A DNA stretch of 64,000 nt from Minisyncoccota bacterium (GCA_035905815.1 JAMIGE010000022.1:18360-82359); one strand, 5' to 3'; positions 1-9,329 are shown, numbered from the stretch's first letter. Numbers and translations are program-made. Notes: generated by a model not told the origin, from the sequence alone.

Positions 1-122
1 AGCTTTTTAAGTATAATTGGCCACATAGCGCTAGCATTGTGCCTGGAGAGCACTTCCTTTACTGAGTCTAGCGGTAAAGTGTTTTGTATTATTAGGTTTG
101 CAATCTGACTAGATGTTGGCAT
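1..122 (-). CDS. atpH: F0F1 ATP synthase delta subunit, N-terminal part; the gene continues beyond the window edge
   Basis: Minus-strand ATG at 120-122 lies immediately downstream of atpF. The frame stays open to position 1, and this is the position expected in an atpB-E-F-H operon. Confidence 0.4.
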   Translation of the reverse strand, partial: MPTSSQIANLIIQNTLPLDSVKEVLSRHNASAMWPIILKK

Positions 123-123
123 A

Positions 124-630
124 TTATTTTAATGTAGAAAGTTGAGACTTGATAAATTCTTCATCAATCTTGGCATTCATATTTTTGCCCATTATGGACT
201 CCAGGATATTAGCAATATGTGCTGGGGCAAGAGTAGCGAATTCATTCTCTACTTCACTTTGGGCTGACTTGATTTGTGACGACAATTTATCACGTAGTGC
301 ATCAGCGTCATGCTGGGCTTTTAGTGATATATCGCGAGCGATACTTTCGCCTTTATTCGCGCCAGCATCGATTAGTGCCTTGGCCTCCACTTTGGCATCA
401 TGCACTATCTTCATCTTCTCCTCTTCGGCTGTATGAAGCATCTTACCTGCCTCTTCTGCATTCTGTAGGCCTTGCCTTATCAGTCCATCCCTTTGATCTA
501 TTACCTTACCAAGCTTTTTAAATACAAACTTATTAAGTATAAGAAGTATAATTAGAAAGTTGAAAAAGTTCAGCACTGCTACATGCCAATTAAATCCCAC
601 ACTTTCAAGAGCTTCTAAAATAAGATTCAT
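124..630 (-). CDS. atpF: F0F1 ATP synthase subunit b
   Basis: 168 aa with an N-terminal TM helix followed by a long charged helix (AEEAGKML...KAQHDADALRDKLSS), sitting between atpE and atpH. Confidence 0.8.
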   Translation of the reverse strand: MNLILEALESVGFNWHVAVLNFFNFLIILLILNKFVFKKLGKVIDQRDGLIRQGLQNAEEAGKMLHTAEEEKMKIVHDAKVEAKALIDAGANKGESIARDISLKAQHDADALRDKLSSQIKSAQSEVENEFATLAPAHIANILESIMGKNMNAKIDEEFIKSQLSTLK

Positions 631-647
631 AACTATTTAATTTTGAA

Positions 648-866
648 TTATTTTAGCAAGAAGAATGCCACGAATGCGAAAATCGCTGTTGTCTCTGTCA
701 TCGCTACGAACACAATCATCTTAGTAAATATTGATGCCTCTGTGTCTGGGTTCCTGCCCATAGCTTCTAATCCCTTACCTATTAGATATCCCTGTCCAAT
801 GGCTGTACCTACCATCGCTAGTATACATAATCCCTTTGCTATATAAATTGCTGCTGCTGCGTCCAT
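648..866 (-). CDS. atpE: F0F1 ATP synthase subunit c
   Basis: 72-aa two-helix hairpin proteolipid: GQGYLIGKGLEAMGRNPD loop and the conserved carboxylate in the MTETTAIFAFV helix. Confidence 0.85.
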   Translation of the reverse strand: MDAAAAIYIAKGLCILAMVGTAIGQGYLIGKGLEAMGRNPDTEASIFTKMIVFVAMTETTAIFAFVAFFLLK

Positions 867-942
867 ATTTTTATTTTAATTATTTTTAATGGCTATATTA
901 TAGCAAATTTTTGTGACTTTTCCAAGCTTATGCTAAAGATAT

Positions 943-1749
943 TTAATGCCCTTCACCTTCTTTATTTAGAATTAATGAATAGTATACTGTGATAAGGGAT
1001 GTAAACACTATTGCCTGCACCACGCCTACCAGAACTCCCATACCCATCCAAATCACTGGTATACCCACTGCAATAGCACCCATAATAATTATAGTTAGTA
1101 CTTCATGCGCAAACATGTTCCCAAAAAGGCGAAGCGAAAGTGATATCACCTTTGCTAGCTCACCCACTATTTCTATCAGCCCAACAAAGAAGTGCACAAT
1201 TCCAATTAATCCTTCCCCTATACTTTTTCTGAATCCAGTTATAATTGGCTTTACTTGTATAAAATGCCCCAGATGTCCAAATAACCCCCTCTCTGAGATT
1301 GCTAATATCTGCACTGTAACTACAGCGGCTAAAGCTAATCCAAAAGTGGTATTAAAGTCTGCAGTTCCCCCACGCAGTAGCGGCACCACCACACCCTCAT
1401 GATCTGTATATGTAAAAGACATAATGCCAGGTATCATAGGCACCAGATTAGAAAATAGAATGTACAAGAATACAGAGCCTGCATAAGGTAGCACTTTCTT
1501 CGCCTTATCCTTAGTCCCCACAATATTAGTAAATAGATCTAGCAAGTACTCGTACATCATTTCCAATACATGTTGGAATTTGGTAGGTATTAGTTTAAAC
1601 TTTCTAGCAAGTACAGCAAGCACAATAAAAGACACAATAGCAAATACAGTAAAGACTGTACTATTCGCAACAGTAAATGGCCCGACATGAAATAGCTCTT
1701 CAGCATTGATGCTTGGCAAATCCTCATGTGCAGATAGAAATTCTAACAT
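943..1749 (-). CDS. atpB: F0F1 ATP synthase subunit a
   Basis: 268-aa polytopic membrane protein with the SLSLRLFGNMFAHE motif carrying the essential Arg, upstream of atpE. Confidence 0.85.
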   Translation of the reverse strand: MLEFLSAHEDLPSINAEELFHVGPFTVANSTVFTVFAIVSFIVLAVLARKFKLIPTKFQHVLEMMYEYLLDLFTNIVGTKDKAKKVLPYAGSVFLYILFSNLVPMIPGIMSFTYTDHEGVVVPLLRGGTADFNTTFGLALAAVVTVQILAISERGLFGHLGHFIQVKPIITGFRKSIGEGLIGIVHFFVGLIEIVGELAKVISLSLRLFGNMFAHEVLTIIIMGAIAVGIPVIWMGMGVLVGVVQAIVFTSLITVYYSLILNKEGEGH

Positions 1750-1848
1750 TGGAGTATTATAACATAAATACCATACTTTGGGAATTTAAATATACCTACC
1801 TTAACTCAAATCCTTAAAAACAATTTACATGTGTATAACTTGCTTTCC

Positions 1849-1866
1849 ATATATATATATATATAT
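1849..1866. repeat. (AT)9 dinucleotide microsatellite in the divergent promoter region
   Basis: atatatatatatatatat is read directly from the sequence between the atpB start and the 1919 gene. Confidence 0.9.
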
Positions 1867-1918
1867 TACTATTAAACTAATTCTACATTAATTATAGTAG
1901 ATTTAATAAAAACCAACT

Positions 1919-2842
1919 ATGATTAATTTCTATAAAAAATACCCTATTTTATCTACGTTTATATTTACCTTTATGTTTTTATCTTTAGTTTTTTCTGCCA
2001 GAAAATATCATTCTCATCAAATTTATAAATTTAATATAAATAATATAATTTCAAACATAAAAAAAGATGAATCTAATGAATATATTTGTCGTGAAAAAGA
2101 AGCGATAGAAAAATTAAAATCACTAAAACAAAGTGATCAAAAAGAACTTCAAGATTTATCTATGTCGGTATATGCAGCTGGCTGGAAAGATAAAATTGAA
2201 CAGTTAACAAATAGTATAAAGTATTATGACCAAACCTTAGAACAGTATAATCCTACCTCAACTGAAGAGCGTTGCAAGTTGATAAATCTTTCATATATTT
2301 CTAAGGAAAAAGAAATCTATAATAATTTATTAAAAGATAGTAGGAATTTTTTTAATATTAATGATACTGTAATTACAGAGATAGGCGTAAGAGTAGTATA
2401 TCCTGATGGTGAGATGCAAGATCTTTCAAAAGAAATTGGGGATGCGGATGTTTATGCTTCTGTTAGAAAACTTAATAATGGTAACCCAATAGTAAATACT
2501 ACTTTGTTGCTCTACCCTATTTTATGTTTATTTTTATTATTAACCCCAGCACTTATATCTGTGTTTAGTAGTAAAAGGAAAGTTTTTATTAGCGCAGTTA
2601 TGATAATACCTCTTATGTATTTACTTTTCTATCTACAAGTTGAAGAGGATATGTTTAGTCAATGTACAGATTGGTGTGGATTTGAATTTATGTCCATATA
2701 TCCATTAACATTAATTATATCAACAATAGTTGGGCTTATCATTAGCCACCGAACTGAAAAGAGAAATAAAGAAGATATGATTAATTTATTAAAAGAAGCA
2801 AATGAGCAACCTAAAAATATTAATGAGAATATTATTAAATAA
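1919..2842 (+). CDS. hypothetical membrane protein: N/K-rich soluble N-terminal domain and four C-terminal TM helices
   Basis: 307-aa ORF in a very AT-rich stretch with hydrophobic segments at the C-terminus. No recognisable motif. Confidence 0.5.
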   Translation: MINFYKKYPILSTFIFTFMFLSLVFSARKYHSHQIYKFNINNIISNIKKDESNEYICREKEAIEKLKSLKQSDQKELQDLSMSVYAAGWKDKIEQLTNSIKYYDQTLEQYNPTSTEERCKLINLSYISKEKEIYNNLLKDSRNFFNINDTVITEIGVRVVYPDGEMQDLSKEIGDADVYASVRKLNNGNPIVNTTLLLYPILCLFLLLTPALISVFSSKRKVFISAVMIIPLMYLLFYLQVEEDMFSQCTDWCGFEFMSIYPLTLIISTIVGLIISHRTEKRNKEDMINLLKEANEQPKNINENIIK

Positions 2843-2912
2843 TAGTAATAATCTAAAAACATAAAGATATAAAAAAGAAAAGCTCCATTTTAAATATATT
2901 CACTTTCAGAAA

Positions 2913-4100
2913 CTAGTTCTTGCTTCCTTTGATATACATAGGCGTAGTAGAAGAAACACAACTAGGGTCATAATTCTCGAATTTATTTGTTGCACATACC
3001 GTTACAACAAGCATGACATAGCCACTCTTTTCACCAGTTATTTTATGTAGACCCGACTCCATTTTACCTGTCATATAGTTAGGTGTGGACAAGAAAAGAG
3101 GCTGATCAACTACATCTTCCGTCTTTAATGGAGAATTTTCATTCCATGAATCAGCATTTGTATTATAATAATACGGAGTATATCCACATATGCTTTTACT
3201 TAAGAGCGCACGCTCTTCAGGAGTCGTGGCAGTTGTTGTAGAATATTCATAACCATCATCAATATAGATATTACATTTTACACTTAACATTGCACGCTTG
3301 CCAGTATATGATAAACTAAAAGTCTGGCTTCCATCCTGAGACGCGGAAAAGGATCTTACAGAAGCAATTTTAGCAAGATCAACTTTTGGAGCAACAGCAT
3401 TAGACTTTGTTCCATCTAGGAATTCTATATATACGGAATCTGAATTAGCTATTGCTTGCAATATTTTATTACTACCGCCACTCGCGCTTATAAGCGTTAT
3501 CGTTGTTGTAGATTTATCTGCAGGCGGATAAATAGAGATATTATAAGTTGGATATATACCCCGCTCTGTTAGAAAATCGAGACTATTAGTATTGCTTCCA
3601 GATTTATAAACTATTTTTGAAATTTTTGGGGCAGATATGTCATAACTGTTGTTTGCTCTTATAGTTAATCCTCCTGTTTCGTTATCAAAAATTATATTTT
3701 TAATTATAGATACTTGGTTATTAGAAACTATGGTATTAGTCGCTGAACTTAGCATTTTTTTATCCTTACTATACACTGTTGTACTATCTTGCATTTTGTC
3801 CAAATCGTTATACGATATAGTCTGATCAGATGTTGATGGTAAAGAATTACTGCTTACGCCACCCTCCACTGATGAAGTAGATTGATCAGTAGTATTTTGA
3901 TTTGTATAGCTGGTATTTTTTATATCCATTTTCTTTGCTTCGCCCTCACCGTAAGCATAAAAATATATAATCACAATAGAGAGTATGAATACTAGAAGTC
4001 CAGAGATCAGAATTATAATTCTATAATTGTTGGGGGTTTTATTTAATGGTGTTTGCTCATTATAATTCTGGTAAGGAGTATAGTTGTTATTTGGTTCCAT
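2913..4100 (-). CDS. hypothetical membrane-anchored, S/T/N-rich surface protein
   Basis: 395 aa with a single N-terminal TM helix (IIILISGLLVFILSIVIIYFYAY) after a short cytoplasmic tail. The rest is Ser/Thr/Asn-rich. Confidence 0.5.
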   Translation of the reverse strand: MEPNNNYTPYQNYNEQTPLNKTPNNYRIIILISGLLVFILSIVIIYFYAYGEGEAKKMDIKNTSYTNQNTTDQSTSSVEGGVSSNSLPSTSDQTISYNDLDKMQDSTTVYSKDKKMLSSATNTIVSNNQVSIIKNIIFDNETGGLTIRANNSYDISAPKISKIVYKSGSNTNSLDFLTERGIYPTYNISIYPPADKSTTTITLISASGGSNKILQAIANSDSVYIEFLDGTKSNAVAPKVDLAKIASVRSFSASQDGSQTFSLSYTGKRAMLSVKCNIYIDDGYEYSTTTATTPEERALLSKSICGYTPYYYNTNADSWNENSPLKTEDVVDQPLFLSTPNYMTGKMESGLHKITGEKSGYVMLVVTVCATNKFENYDPSCVSSTTPMYIKGSKN

Positions 4101-4165
4101 ATTGCTAAATCTATAGGCTAATTATAAGTACGTAGATGATAAATGTAAATAAGTCTATACACAAA

Positions 4166-4903
4166 CTAAAACTGATTTACAACTCTTAGGTCTCCGTTAT
4201 ATAGTAGGCGCACATCATCAATACCCCACTTTAGCATTGCCAGCCTGTCCACCCCTCCACCAAAAGCAAAGCCTTGGAATAGCTTACTGTCCACTCCTGC
4301 ATTCTCTAAAACTTTTGGATGTACCATTCCTGCTCCCATGATTTCTATCCATCCAGAATGCTTGCATACGTTACATCCTGATCCTACACATTTAAAACAT
4401 TGCATATCCACCTCTACACCAGGCTCTACAAATGCGAAATATGATGACCGTAGTCTAATCTTCAAATCATTACCGAAAAGTTTAGAGAAGAAGTTTTCAA
4501 GTACGCCTTTCATATCTGCTAGAGTTACGCTTTCACCTATACATAGGCCTTCTACTTGATGGAATTGCGCCTCATGTGTGGCGTCGGTGGCTTCGTTACG
4601 GAAAACTTTACCAGGTACACATATTGCCAGAGTATTGCCCTTCACTGCGCGTCCAGATTTCACCCACCTTTCCATCTCACGTATTTGTACCGAGGATGTA
4701 TGAGTACGCAACACTCCACCACCCTTCACCCAAAATGTATCCTGCATATCACGCGCTGGATGGTCCTTAGGAATATTAAGCGCGTCGAAATTATGGAATT
4801 CGTCCTCCAGCTCTCTGTCATCCACAATATCAAAACCCATTTTAGTAAATATGTCTGCTATTTCGTTATTTAGAATAGTAATAGGGTGTAAATGTCCTTG
4901 CAT
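4166..4903 (-). CDS. pheS: phenylalanine--tRNA ligase alpha subunit (short form, catalytic core only)
   Basis: Class II aaRS motifs: DALNIPKDHPARDMQDTFW, FRNEATDATHEAQFHQVEG and GFAFGGGVDRLAML. No pheT is adjacent. Confidence 0.8.
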   Translation of the reverse strand: MQGHLHPITILNNEIADIFTKMGFDIVDDRELEDEFHNFDALNIPKDHPARDMQDTFWVKGGGVLRTHTSSVQIREMERWVKSGRAVKGNTLAICVPGKVFRNEATDATHEAQFHQVEGLCIGESVTLADMKGVLENFFSKLFGNDLKIRLRSSYFAFVEPGVEVDMQCFKCVGSGCNVCKHSGWIEIMGAGMVHPKVLENAGVDSKLFQGFAFGGGVDRLAMLKWGIDDVRLLYNGDLRVVNQF

Positions 4904-5014
4904 ATATTTATAATAGCAAATATTATATGTTTAGCAAAGAAAGCTTGACCCACCAACCACTCTAAATCCAAACACTTGTATTTCGAATTCTTTTTTAAAA
5001 TATAATCAAGCAAG

Positions 5015-5704
5015 CTACCTATCTGCTAAGTAATTCTTTAAAAAGCTCTTCCTGTGTAGCTCGGTAATGCCATACACATTCAAAAGCTCATAATGCTTGC
5101 TTGTACCATATCCGACATTATTTTTCCAATCATAGAACTTGCCACCTTTATCATATATTTTGTTTGCACTATATATCATATAATTGTCTCTAGTAATTTT
5201 AGCCATTATACTAGCACAAGCAATTGCGGGTATATTCTCATCCCCTTTGATTACCGCTTCGTGCTCCAACTCATAGTTATACTTCTTCTTAATTTTACTC
5301 TTGTATTCACTTTCGATTTTAAGACCACCGTCTAAAAATATTTTAGTATTACTTTTATCTAAATCATAATTAAGTCTAATTAGTTTATTGAGGCATGATT
5401 CTATGCTTTGCTTTATAACTTTTGAGAGGCCAATACTGTCTATAATTTTTGCGCTCGTAGAGTGTATTACAAAGTCCACCTCACCACCTAATTTTAACTT
5501 ATTCAGCTTTGTTCTTATCTCTCTCCTTTTAGCATCAGTTAACTTCTTTGAATCCTTCAAAATCCTCTTGTCGAAAATTCCCAATATATCAGTTTCGCTT
5601 TTCATAATAAATGCGCAAAATGTAATTGGCCCAGCAATTGGTCCTCTGCCTACCTCGTCAATTCCTACAATATATTTTGTATTTGCATTCATAATAATAT
5701 ACAT
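5015..5704 (-). CDS. rnhB: ribonuclease HII
   Basis: N-terminal IVGIDEVGRGPIAGPI, with the catalytic DE at the motif start. Confidence 0.85.
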   Translation of the reverse strand: MYIIMNANTKYIVGIDEVGRGPIAGPITFCAFIMKSETDILGIFDKRILKDSKKLTDAKRREIRTKLNKLKLGGEVDFVIHSTSAKIIDSIGLSKVIKQSIESCLNKLIRLNYDLDKSNTKIFLDGGLKIESEYKSKIKKKYNYELEHEAVIKGDENIPAIACASIMAKITRDNYMIYSANKIYDKGGKFYDWKNNVGYGTSKHYELLNVYGITELHRKSFLKNYLADR

Positions 5705-5742
5705 AGTGTATTACATATATTAAATTTTAGGAAGAGCAGATT

Positions 5743-5766
5743 AAAAGCCGGCGAGCCGGCTTTGTA
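5743..5766 (-). terminator. intrinsic terminator hairpin (aaagccggc-ga-gccggcttt) with A/T tracts on both sides
   Basis: Perfect 9-bp GC-rich stem seen directly. It lies 3' of the 5795-6358 minus-strand gene. Confidence 0.6.
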
Positions 5767-5794
5767 ATTATTTTAAATTTTAAATTCTGACGCA

Positions 5795-6358
5795 TTACGG
5801 GATGGTCTGTGGACCTGTGTCACTTGGCAGCTTTTGCCAAGATCTGGCCCTGCAGTACATCACAGCCAGATCATCATCGGTGCCACTCACTTTTGCCTTA
5901 GGCATTTCTGGCGCTGATTGCCACGACACCAAAATTCTCTGGCAAAGTGATACCGATCTAGGTGTCAGAGCTTCATATATTTCAAATGGTAATTTACCTT
6001 TTGAAATATCATCGTAATTAGGACAAAGATCTTGACCTGCTGTCGTGCTAGCTATGCCATAGCGCCGCACATAATCGCACTGCGACCGCCACGCCTCGCG
6101 CACTACTGCCAGGCCGCGCTCTATAGCCTGCCGGCTATCATGCGGACTAACAGTCAAATCATAAGAGAAAACTTTACCCATACGCAAATCATCGAGTGCA
6201 TTTTGAATGCTTCCATCATTAGCGCCTGGAGTTGTGACCGGGAGGCTTGCTTTGCTTTCCCTTTCACTACTCTTAAAAAAGTACAAAAGTCCCGAGCAGA
6301 TCAAGAAAACAAGCGAGATCGCAAGCATGCTAAGCGGCCTACCGCTTCTATCTTTCAT
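5795..6358 (-). CDS. hypothetical exported protein (signal-anchor), GC-rich
   Basis: 187 aa with an N-terminal hydrophobic segment LSMLAISLVFLICSGLLYFF. GC is about 52% against about 40% for neighbouring genes. No known motif. Confidence 0.5.
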   Translation of the reverse strand: MKDRSGRPLSMLAISLVFLICSGLLYFFKSSERESKASLPVTTPGANDGSIQNALDDLRMGKVFSYDLTVSPHDSRQAIERGLAVVREAWRSQCDYVRRYGIASTTAGQDLCPNYDDISKGKLPFEIYEALTPRSVSLCQRILVSWQSAPEMPKAKVSGTDDDLAVMYCRARSWQKLPSDTGPQTIP

Positions 6359-6367
6359 ATTTGCTCC

Positions 6368-6802
6368 TTAGCCGCAGCCAACGCCGCGATAGCGATTGTT
6401 TTCAATGTCCCACGCATATACATTGGGACGAGGACAATTCGTAGGCACTGGTGTAGGATAATGCGTCACCGAGCTACAGCTCCACACTCCGTCATGTGGA
6501 TTACGATATGGGGCCGTGATGATTTGCCCGCTGATGCCAATCGGGCCACATGTAATACGCAGCGTACTTGCTGTAGGGCGTGATGCATACACAGGAGGAG
6601 GAGGAGCGTGTACTACGCTGCGACCCTGTGCGGGCACATATACTGCGCAGCCGCCCAGAGTACCGAGCGATGCCACCACAGCTACCAGCAACCCCATGAG
6701 CGGAGGGATAATCCCTTTATGCTCACCAACATATTGCGGCTTAGCACGCATACCATAGTGACCGAACTTCGAGGACCGTTTACAGAAATTTGAATGAGCC
6801 AT
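6368..6802 (-). CDS. hypothetical Cys/Pro-rich putative lipoprotein, GC-rich
   Basis: Start chosen at MAHSNF, which has AAGGAG 6 nt upstream on the minus strand. The signal peptide ends in LGTLGGC (lipobox-like). The mature part has 5 Cys and a PPPP tract. Confidence 0.45.
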   Translation of the reverse strand: MAHSNFCKRSSKFGHYGMRAKPQYVGEHKGIIPPLMGLLVAVVASLGTLGGCAVYVPAQGRSVVHAPPPPVYASRPTASTLRITCGPIGISGQIITAPYRNPHDGVWSCSSVTHYPTPVPTNCPRPNVYAWDIENNRYRGVGCG

Positions 6803-6882
6803 TCTATACTCCTTATAGAGTGTTGAGACTAAAGCATAATACAACATAATATTAGCAAAAGCAAGACCATTTTAGATAAAGT

Positions 6883-6906
6883 AAAAGGCGGACAATTGTC
6901 CGCCTT
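6883..6906 (-). terminator. intrinsic terminator (ggcggacaattgtccgcc) with a minus-strand U-tract
   Basis: Perfect 7-bp stem. The minus-strand reading gives GGCGGACAATTGTCCGCCUUUUACUUUAU. Confidence 0.6.
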
Positions 6907-7574
6907 CCCACACCTCAATCCAAACTCCATCATATATTTGTAGTTAGCTTTCTACTTCTCGTCATGTATAGAAAGATAACTTACACTGTTGGATATTGTG
7001 CGGTAGTACTCATCTTCTCGAGTTCCAAACTAATTTCTACGCGTTCGGCTTTTACCCCTACACAAGCAGTATACAAGATACTAATCCGGAGGCTTAACGA
7101 TCAGAACTACTAATAAGTAGATCCGCCCGCCAGCAACATACCAGATAAACTCGCGTCGCCATTTTCACCAGCTTAAAAGTTTCAAAGATCCTGACTCTTC
7201 GCCTATGTGCAGTACTATGCACTGGCTACGAACCGTCGTTCACATCAGGCCGATTCTACGGTGCACTCAACATTTGCTCACCCATATATTCTATTATGCA
7301 AAATGTGTGTACCAAAAGGTCGATATACTTAGGGAATTATCCCTGTTCTATAGTCTCTTGCGAGTCTCCTCGTATACACTTAGATTACACTTTTCAAATT
7401 ACAAGTCCAAGCGGGACAGGCAGCGGTGCCGTGCAGCACATGCCCATATGATGATTAGTAACTCCTCATCATACATCCCTCTTAAGTGCCCAGCGTCGCT
7501 TGTGCCAATACAATTTAGCGACGCATACACCCCAGCACCCAAGATCACAAGTATAACAGTATACAATATTTTTG
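6907..7574 (-). ncRNA. candidate structured non-coding RNA or non-coding spacer of unknown class
   Basis: About 670 bp contains no credible ORF. Several stem-loops are present (7448-7472 atgatga..tcatcat, 7492-7524 agcgtcgct..agcgacgc), and a minus-strand terminator follows at 6883-6906. No RNase P, tmRNA or SRP consensus could be matched by eye. Confidence 0.25.
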
Positions 7575-8102
7575 TCAAGTAGATACTTGTACCAGTTCTT
7601 CTTTTAGGTTTTCTAATAATCTTATGTGTCTTAGCATTAGCAAGTCCTGATTAGATACTATTGCTGACAGCATCCCAATGATTGGTATCCAGAAATCTCC
7701 AAAAAGTATTATCTTTGCTGGGGCTGGCTTCTTCCTATTTACATCAATGGCAAGCAATACTTCTGCCAAAGTCCCTACCGACCCTCGCACAGCAACAATT
7801 ACACTCGACTCGTCTATTAGCAGTCGCAGTCTGTCATATATGTCACGAGCAACAACAGTTTCAGATAAATACTTGTTCCCTACCACCCGACCAAAATTGG
7901 CACATGTATATCCTACAGCTCTGCCACCGCTACTACTAGCGCCCTTGGATACTGCCTCCATCAGACCATAGTATCCACCATTTCTAACTTCATAACCCAG
8001 ACCCGTCAGAATAGCACCTATTTGCAAGCTATCTGAATACTCTGTCGAGTCTACCGACCCGCCACTACCACCTCCAAAAAATGATGCGACCTTCTTTTCC
8101 AT
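7575..8102 (-). CDS. LOG family protein (TIGR00730; cytokinin riboside 5'-monophosphate phosphoribohydrolase / 'lysine decarboxylase-like')
   Basis: Motifs RNGGYYGLMEAVSKGA (GGGxxGLMxA) and AVRGSVGTLAEVL (PGGxGTxxE), with LOG-typical length. Confidence 0.6.
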   Translation of the reverse strand: MEKKVASFFGGGSGGSVDSTEYSDSLQIGAILTGLGYEVRNGGYYGLMEAVSKGASSSGGRAVGYTCANFGRVVGNKYLSETVVARDIYDRLRLLIDESSVIVAVRGSVGTLAEVLLAIDVNRKKPAPAKIILFGDFWIPIIGMLSAIVSNQDLLMLRHIRLLENLKEELVQVST

Positions 8103-8236
8103 AACAACTCCTTAAAGTACAGACCTAACACAGAATAACATAATCAAAGAGAGGTGTCACATGCAACTAATTAATGTAAGTATATAAAAAGAAAACCGCA
8201 GTATAAACTGCGGTTTGGACTCGAAGCGAGATCGGA

Positions 8237-9115
8237 TTAAAACCCTAAGATGTTTCGAATCACAGCGCGACTGGCACCCGCTACGGCACCATCACGTAGT
8301 CCGTCGCGGTTACCCTGAGCGGCGTAACCGATCATTGCACCATCCAGCGCACCACCAAGAATATTCTGAGGCTGGCGCTGTTGTTGTGGGTACATAGGCT
8401 GTTGCTGAACAACATAGCCCTGGGACTGATTGCCATTCATTCCGTAGCCATTGCTACTGGCAGTAACTGGCTGACACATGAAGCGAGGACCGGCCGGGTT
8501 GCCGTTAGGCCAGAAGACCAAGAACCCACCATTGCAGTTATGCGTACTATTAGTCATACGCTCAGTACACACTGCCCCACCGTTTGCCGCACGCAACATC
8601 ACCGCCCCAGATGGAGCTGGGACATTGACCTCCACACAGACTGGATACTGGCCCTGCACCACATTGGCTGTTTGGCCATTATTCATAGCGTATGTCATAC
8701 CCTGCGGAGCATAGCCTGTTTGTGGCTGGGCCAATCCGACCTGACTACCGATCACTTGGCCTGATTTCTGACAGGTGTATGTATTTGGCCCAGTTGGAAC
8801 AAGTTGTCCACCGAACCTAACACACTCATTTGCAGAATTTACCTGTGACTGCGCTGCAGCACGCTGCATTGCAATCTGCGCATTTTGCGCGACCAGCCAT
8901 TGCTCATTTTGAGCCGCAGCATTCATGCACGCCGCATTTTGATCACAAGCCCACATTTTGAAGCTCGGCTTGCTCACGTCGGCACCCTGCGCACGAGCTG
9001 CACCAGCCATAAAGCCGACCGCAAAAACCAGGCCTGAGAGCGCTACAGCTGTAGCGCGATGATGACGAAGCATCGCGCTAGCACAGCGACCAACTTCAAT
9101 AAAAAGCTTTTTCAT
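8237..9115 (-). CDS. hypothetical secreted Cys-, Gln/Asn- and Gly-rich protein, GC-rich
   Basis: 292 aa with signal peptide MKKLFIEVGRCASAMLRHHRATAVALSGLVFAVGFMAGAARA, more than 10 Cys, and a Gly/Ala-rich C-terminus (GGALDGAMIGYAAQG). About 55% GC. Confidence 0.55.
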   Translation of the reverse strand: MKKLFIEVGRCASAMLRHHRATAVALSGLVFAVGFMAGAARAQGADVSKPSFKMWACDQNAACMNAAAQNEQWLVAQNAQIAMQRAAAQSQVNSANECVRFGGQLVPTGPNTYTCQKSGQVIGSQVGLAQPQTGYAPQGMTYAMNNGQTANVVQGQYPVCVEVNVPAPSGAVMLRAANGGAVCTERMTNSTHNCNGGFLVFWPNGNPAGPRFMCQPVTASSNGYGMNGNQSQGYVVQQQPMYPQQQRQPQNILGGALDGAMIGYAAQGNRDGLRDGAVAGASRAVIRNILGF

Positions 9116-9329
9116 TTATACTCCTTACGCCATAAGGCGTATTTCAAAGAATTACCAAAGAGAGGATTCTCAAAGGTTTGCTATTATTATACACAATTTT
9201 AGTATTTTGTCAAGCTAATTATAAGTAATTTAGTTCGCTGCCGGGACTACAGAAGACTGGCTCTACTTCTAACATAGAATAATTATAACATACAACCCGA
9301 AAACAAAATCTTGTGGATACTTATAACAA

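Noticed and set aside
6907-7574. Identification of the gap as RNase P RNA or tmRNA
   Set aside because: I could not find the universally conserved P4 strands (AGGAAAGUCCGGGCUCC / ACAGAANCCGGCUUA), a tRNA-like acceptor/T-arm, or an ANDENYALAA-like tag ORF. It is left as an unclassified candidate.
7205-7582. 125-aa plus-strand ORF inside the ORF-free gap
   Set aside because: It is low-complexity (Ser/Leu/His/Tyr-rich), has no RBS, and has no protein-like hydrophobic periodicity. It is likely spurious.
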